Of a stretch of DNA of 64,000 bases, positions 61,671 to 64,000 are shown one piece after another. Numbering within the stretch: the stretch's first letter is position 1; every line of letters starts with the position of its first letter. The notes beneath the pieces are model-generated. The model was given only the letters and a program-made list of their open reading frames with translations. It was not told the DNA's origin and ran no database searches. The stretch comes from Pristiophorus japonicus (taxonomy: Eukaryota): NCBI RefSeq assembly GCF_044704955.1, contig NC_091997.1, positions 79,112,001 through 79,176,000 of the forward strand, in the 5' to 3' direction. Position numbers and translations under genes: made by a program.

Positions 61671-62021
61671 ATTCCTTTTTTAAAGCAGTTATTTTTCCCT
61701 TCTCAACAATGGATAGAAATAAATGGTGATCCTTGTGCTGTTGACTTTGCTCTCTTTGTGTGTCCCCTCCATCCTTCATCCTTCACCCCACTATTGGCGG
61801 CCGTGCCTTTAGCTCCCAGACTCTGGAATTCCCTCCCTAAACTCCTCTGCCTCTCCACCTCCACCTCTACCTCTATTGACCCTCCTAAAATGCACCTTTG
61901 CCACCAAGCTGTTGGGCACCCCCACGCTAATCTCTCCTTTGGCTCAGCATCCATTTATCATACACGGAATGTACAGCACAGAAACATGCCATTCAGCCTA
62001 ACTGGTCCGTGCCGGCGTTTA

Positions 62022-62570
62022 CTACAACAACAATGACTTGTATGTATATAACGCCTTTAACGTAGTAAAATGTTCCAAGGCGCTTCACAGGAGTGTTTTA
62101 AGACAAAACAAATAAGTTTGACACTGAGCCAAATAAGGAGAAATTACGGCAGATGACCAAAAGCTCGGTCAAAGAGATAGGTTTTAAGGAGCATCTTAAA
62201 GGAGGAAAGAGAGATAGAGAGATAGAGAGGTGGAGAGGTTTAGGCAGGGAGTTCCAGAACTTGGGGCCCAGGCAACAGAAGGCACGGCCACCGATGGTTG
62301 GGCGACATTAATCATGGATGCTCAAGAGGGCAGAATTAGAGTAGCGCAGATATCTCAGGAGGTTTGTGGGGCTGGAGGAGATTACAGAGATAGGGAGGGG
62401 CCAGGCCATGGAGGGATTTGTAAACAAGGATGAGAATTTTGAAATTGAGGCCTTGTTTAACCGGGAGCCAATGTAGGTCAACGAGCACAGGGGTGATGGG
62501 TGAGCGGGACTTGGTGCGAGTTAGGACACGGGCTGCCGAGATTTGGATCACCTCTAGTTTACGTAGGGTT
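62022..62570 (-). mobile_element. L2 3' fragment
   Basis: IQISAARVLTRTK...ITPVLVDLHWLPV. Confidence 0.85.
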
Positions 62571-62723
62571 AAGCTCCACACGAGCCTCCTCCCACCCTTC
62601 ATCGAACCCCATCAGTATAACCTTCTGTTCCTCGCTCCCTCATGTGATTATCTAGCTTCCCCTTAAATTACACCTCTGTGAGGTGCCTTGGGGTGTTTTT
62701 CAGTGTTCAAGGTACTTTAAGGT

Positions 62724-63150
62724 ATCATCATCATCATCATCTTAGGCGGTCCCTCGAACGAGGATGACTTGCTTCCACAAGAGTTCACAGATGTTTCAAT
62801 GAAGGACCTGATGTTCCGGTCCTGAACTCCAGTTGAAGGGTGGAAGATGCCTGTGCGTGGATTTTTTTAACGTGGGGTGACCGTTGCACACCAGCCACCA
62901 CACGGGCTTGACAGAGCTAGGCCTTTATCCAGTGGCAAGGGTTAACCAGGACGACTGGAGACCTGCTCTGCTGCACGGACCTAGTGCGCGCACATATCGC
63001 AGTGTGGGCTGGCCCGTGCTGCCCCTGGGCCCTCGGCTCCTCTGGGCCCCATACCCTCATTCGCCGCTCCTCCGCCCACGATGTTCAAGGGCCTGGCGCT
63101 CCAGCTCTATTTATAGCCCCGGCCTGCGATGGTGTTCTCACACAGGTCGG
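62724..63150 (-). mobile_element. RTE-tailed non-autonomous element
   Basis: (CAT)n followed by the family body, closest to 21695-22017. Confidence 0.75.
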
Positions 63151-63243
63151 GGCGGCCCACGATTTATGTAAGTTGATGTTAGTGACACTGCCTGCGATGT
63201 AGCTACAAGTTTAATATTTAACTTTGCTTTTCACCTATCCCAG

Positions 63244-63363
63244 ATTGAATGTGCTATCAAATTTGTCAGACAAAGCCTTTGACAAGCCAATCTGCGAGGT
63301 TCTATTAAACCAAAAATACTTCAACGGTATTGGGAATTATCTCCGAGCAGAGATTCTATTCAG
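63244..63363 (+). CDS. NEIL1: NEIL1 second coding exon (H2TH motif); the gene continues beyond the window
   Basis: RLNVLSNLSDKAFDKPICEVLLNQKYFNGIGNYLRAEILFR; cccag acceptor, gtgagg donor, phase 2-2. Confidence 0.96.
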
Positions 63364-63434
63364 GTGAGGCAGACTTCATTTTATTTTCATTCTTCCCCAA
63401 CTCCCACTTCCTTCTTCACCGGAAATGATTGGGT

Positions 63435-63655
63435 AGGATAGTCCGGGCCTGTCGGGATAGTCCGGGCCGGTCGGGCCTGTTGGATAGCCTGGGCCGGTCG
63501 GGATAGCCTGGGCCGGTCGGGATAACCTGGGCCGGTCGGGATAGTCTAGGCCTGTCGGGATAGTCCGGGCCTGTCGGGATAGTCTAGGCTTGTCTGGATA
63601 GTCTGGGCCTGTCAGGGACAGTCCGGGACGGTCAGGACAGTCTGGGCCTGTAGGC
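63435..63655. repeat. 19-bp minisatellite (about 11 copies) just downstream of the NEIL1 exon
   Basis: Unit TCGGGATAGTCCGGGCCTG. Confidence 0.9.
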
Positions 63656-64000
63656 CTCTCCACAGTCACTGAGTAAATCCTTCCTGTGTCCCACCCTTGT
63701 GAGACGGGGGGTACTCTCACCGCACTCTGTGTCACGGTTCAACGCGGATCGTAAGTGCTTGAATGACGTGCGTAGGTGTTTGCTCAAGGCTTGAAGTTGA
63801 ACCCCGGTTCAGAGTTCAGCTGTTGAGTCCTGCATCTGACATTTTCTTTAATATAAATTCGTTTATCTTTAGAGGCCAAAGCCACAGAGAGAGCTGTGGC
63901 TCGGTGCCTTAGTGCCTGTCGGGATATTATCTTGGAAAGAGTATAGAGTGGAATGGCGTGGATGATTTACTGGCTGCAGGAGTTTGCAGTGAGGAAATAT

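Noticed and set aside
63435-63655. Regular short repeats as a CRISPR-like array
   Set aside because: Head-to-tail 19-mers without unique spacers, in a vertebrate intron

Overview
Repeat-dense vertebrate genomic DNA. The CR1, RTE, Deu-domain SINE and L2 repertoire suggests a shark or other elasmobranch (inference). Three protein-coding genes are supported. (1) A single-coding-exon ZC3H10-like gene on the minus strand (15691-16587) that has only two CCCH fingers. (2) A complete COMMD4 on the plus strand, with 7 resolved coding exons at 27063-41114 and two candidate ATG-only first exons at 21049 and 24106. (3) The first two coding exons of NEIL1 (57258-57718 and 63244-63363). Most of the remainder is nested CR1, RTE, L2, Tx1-like and Vingi-like LINE fragments, SINEs, MITEs, a solo LTR and minisatellites, plus a 233-N gap. 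The most striking signal is a CR1 copy in a NEIL1 intron (about 58014-58519). It is heavily A-to-G converted on its sense strand with an ADAR-like neighbour preference, and is apparently a genomic fossil of an A-to-I hyper-edited retrotransposon RNA. Repeat boundaries were placed by eye and are approximate, and comparisons with human proteins are from memory.
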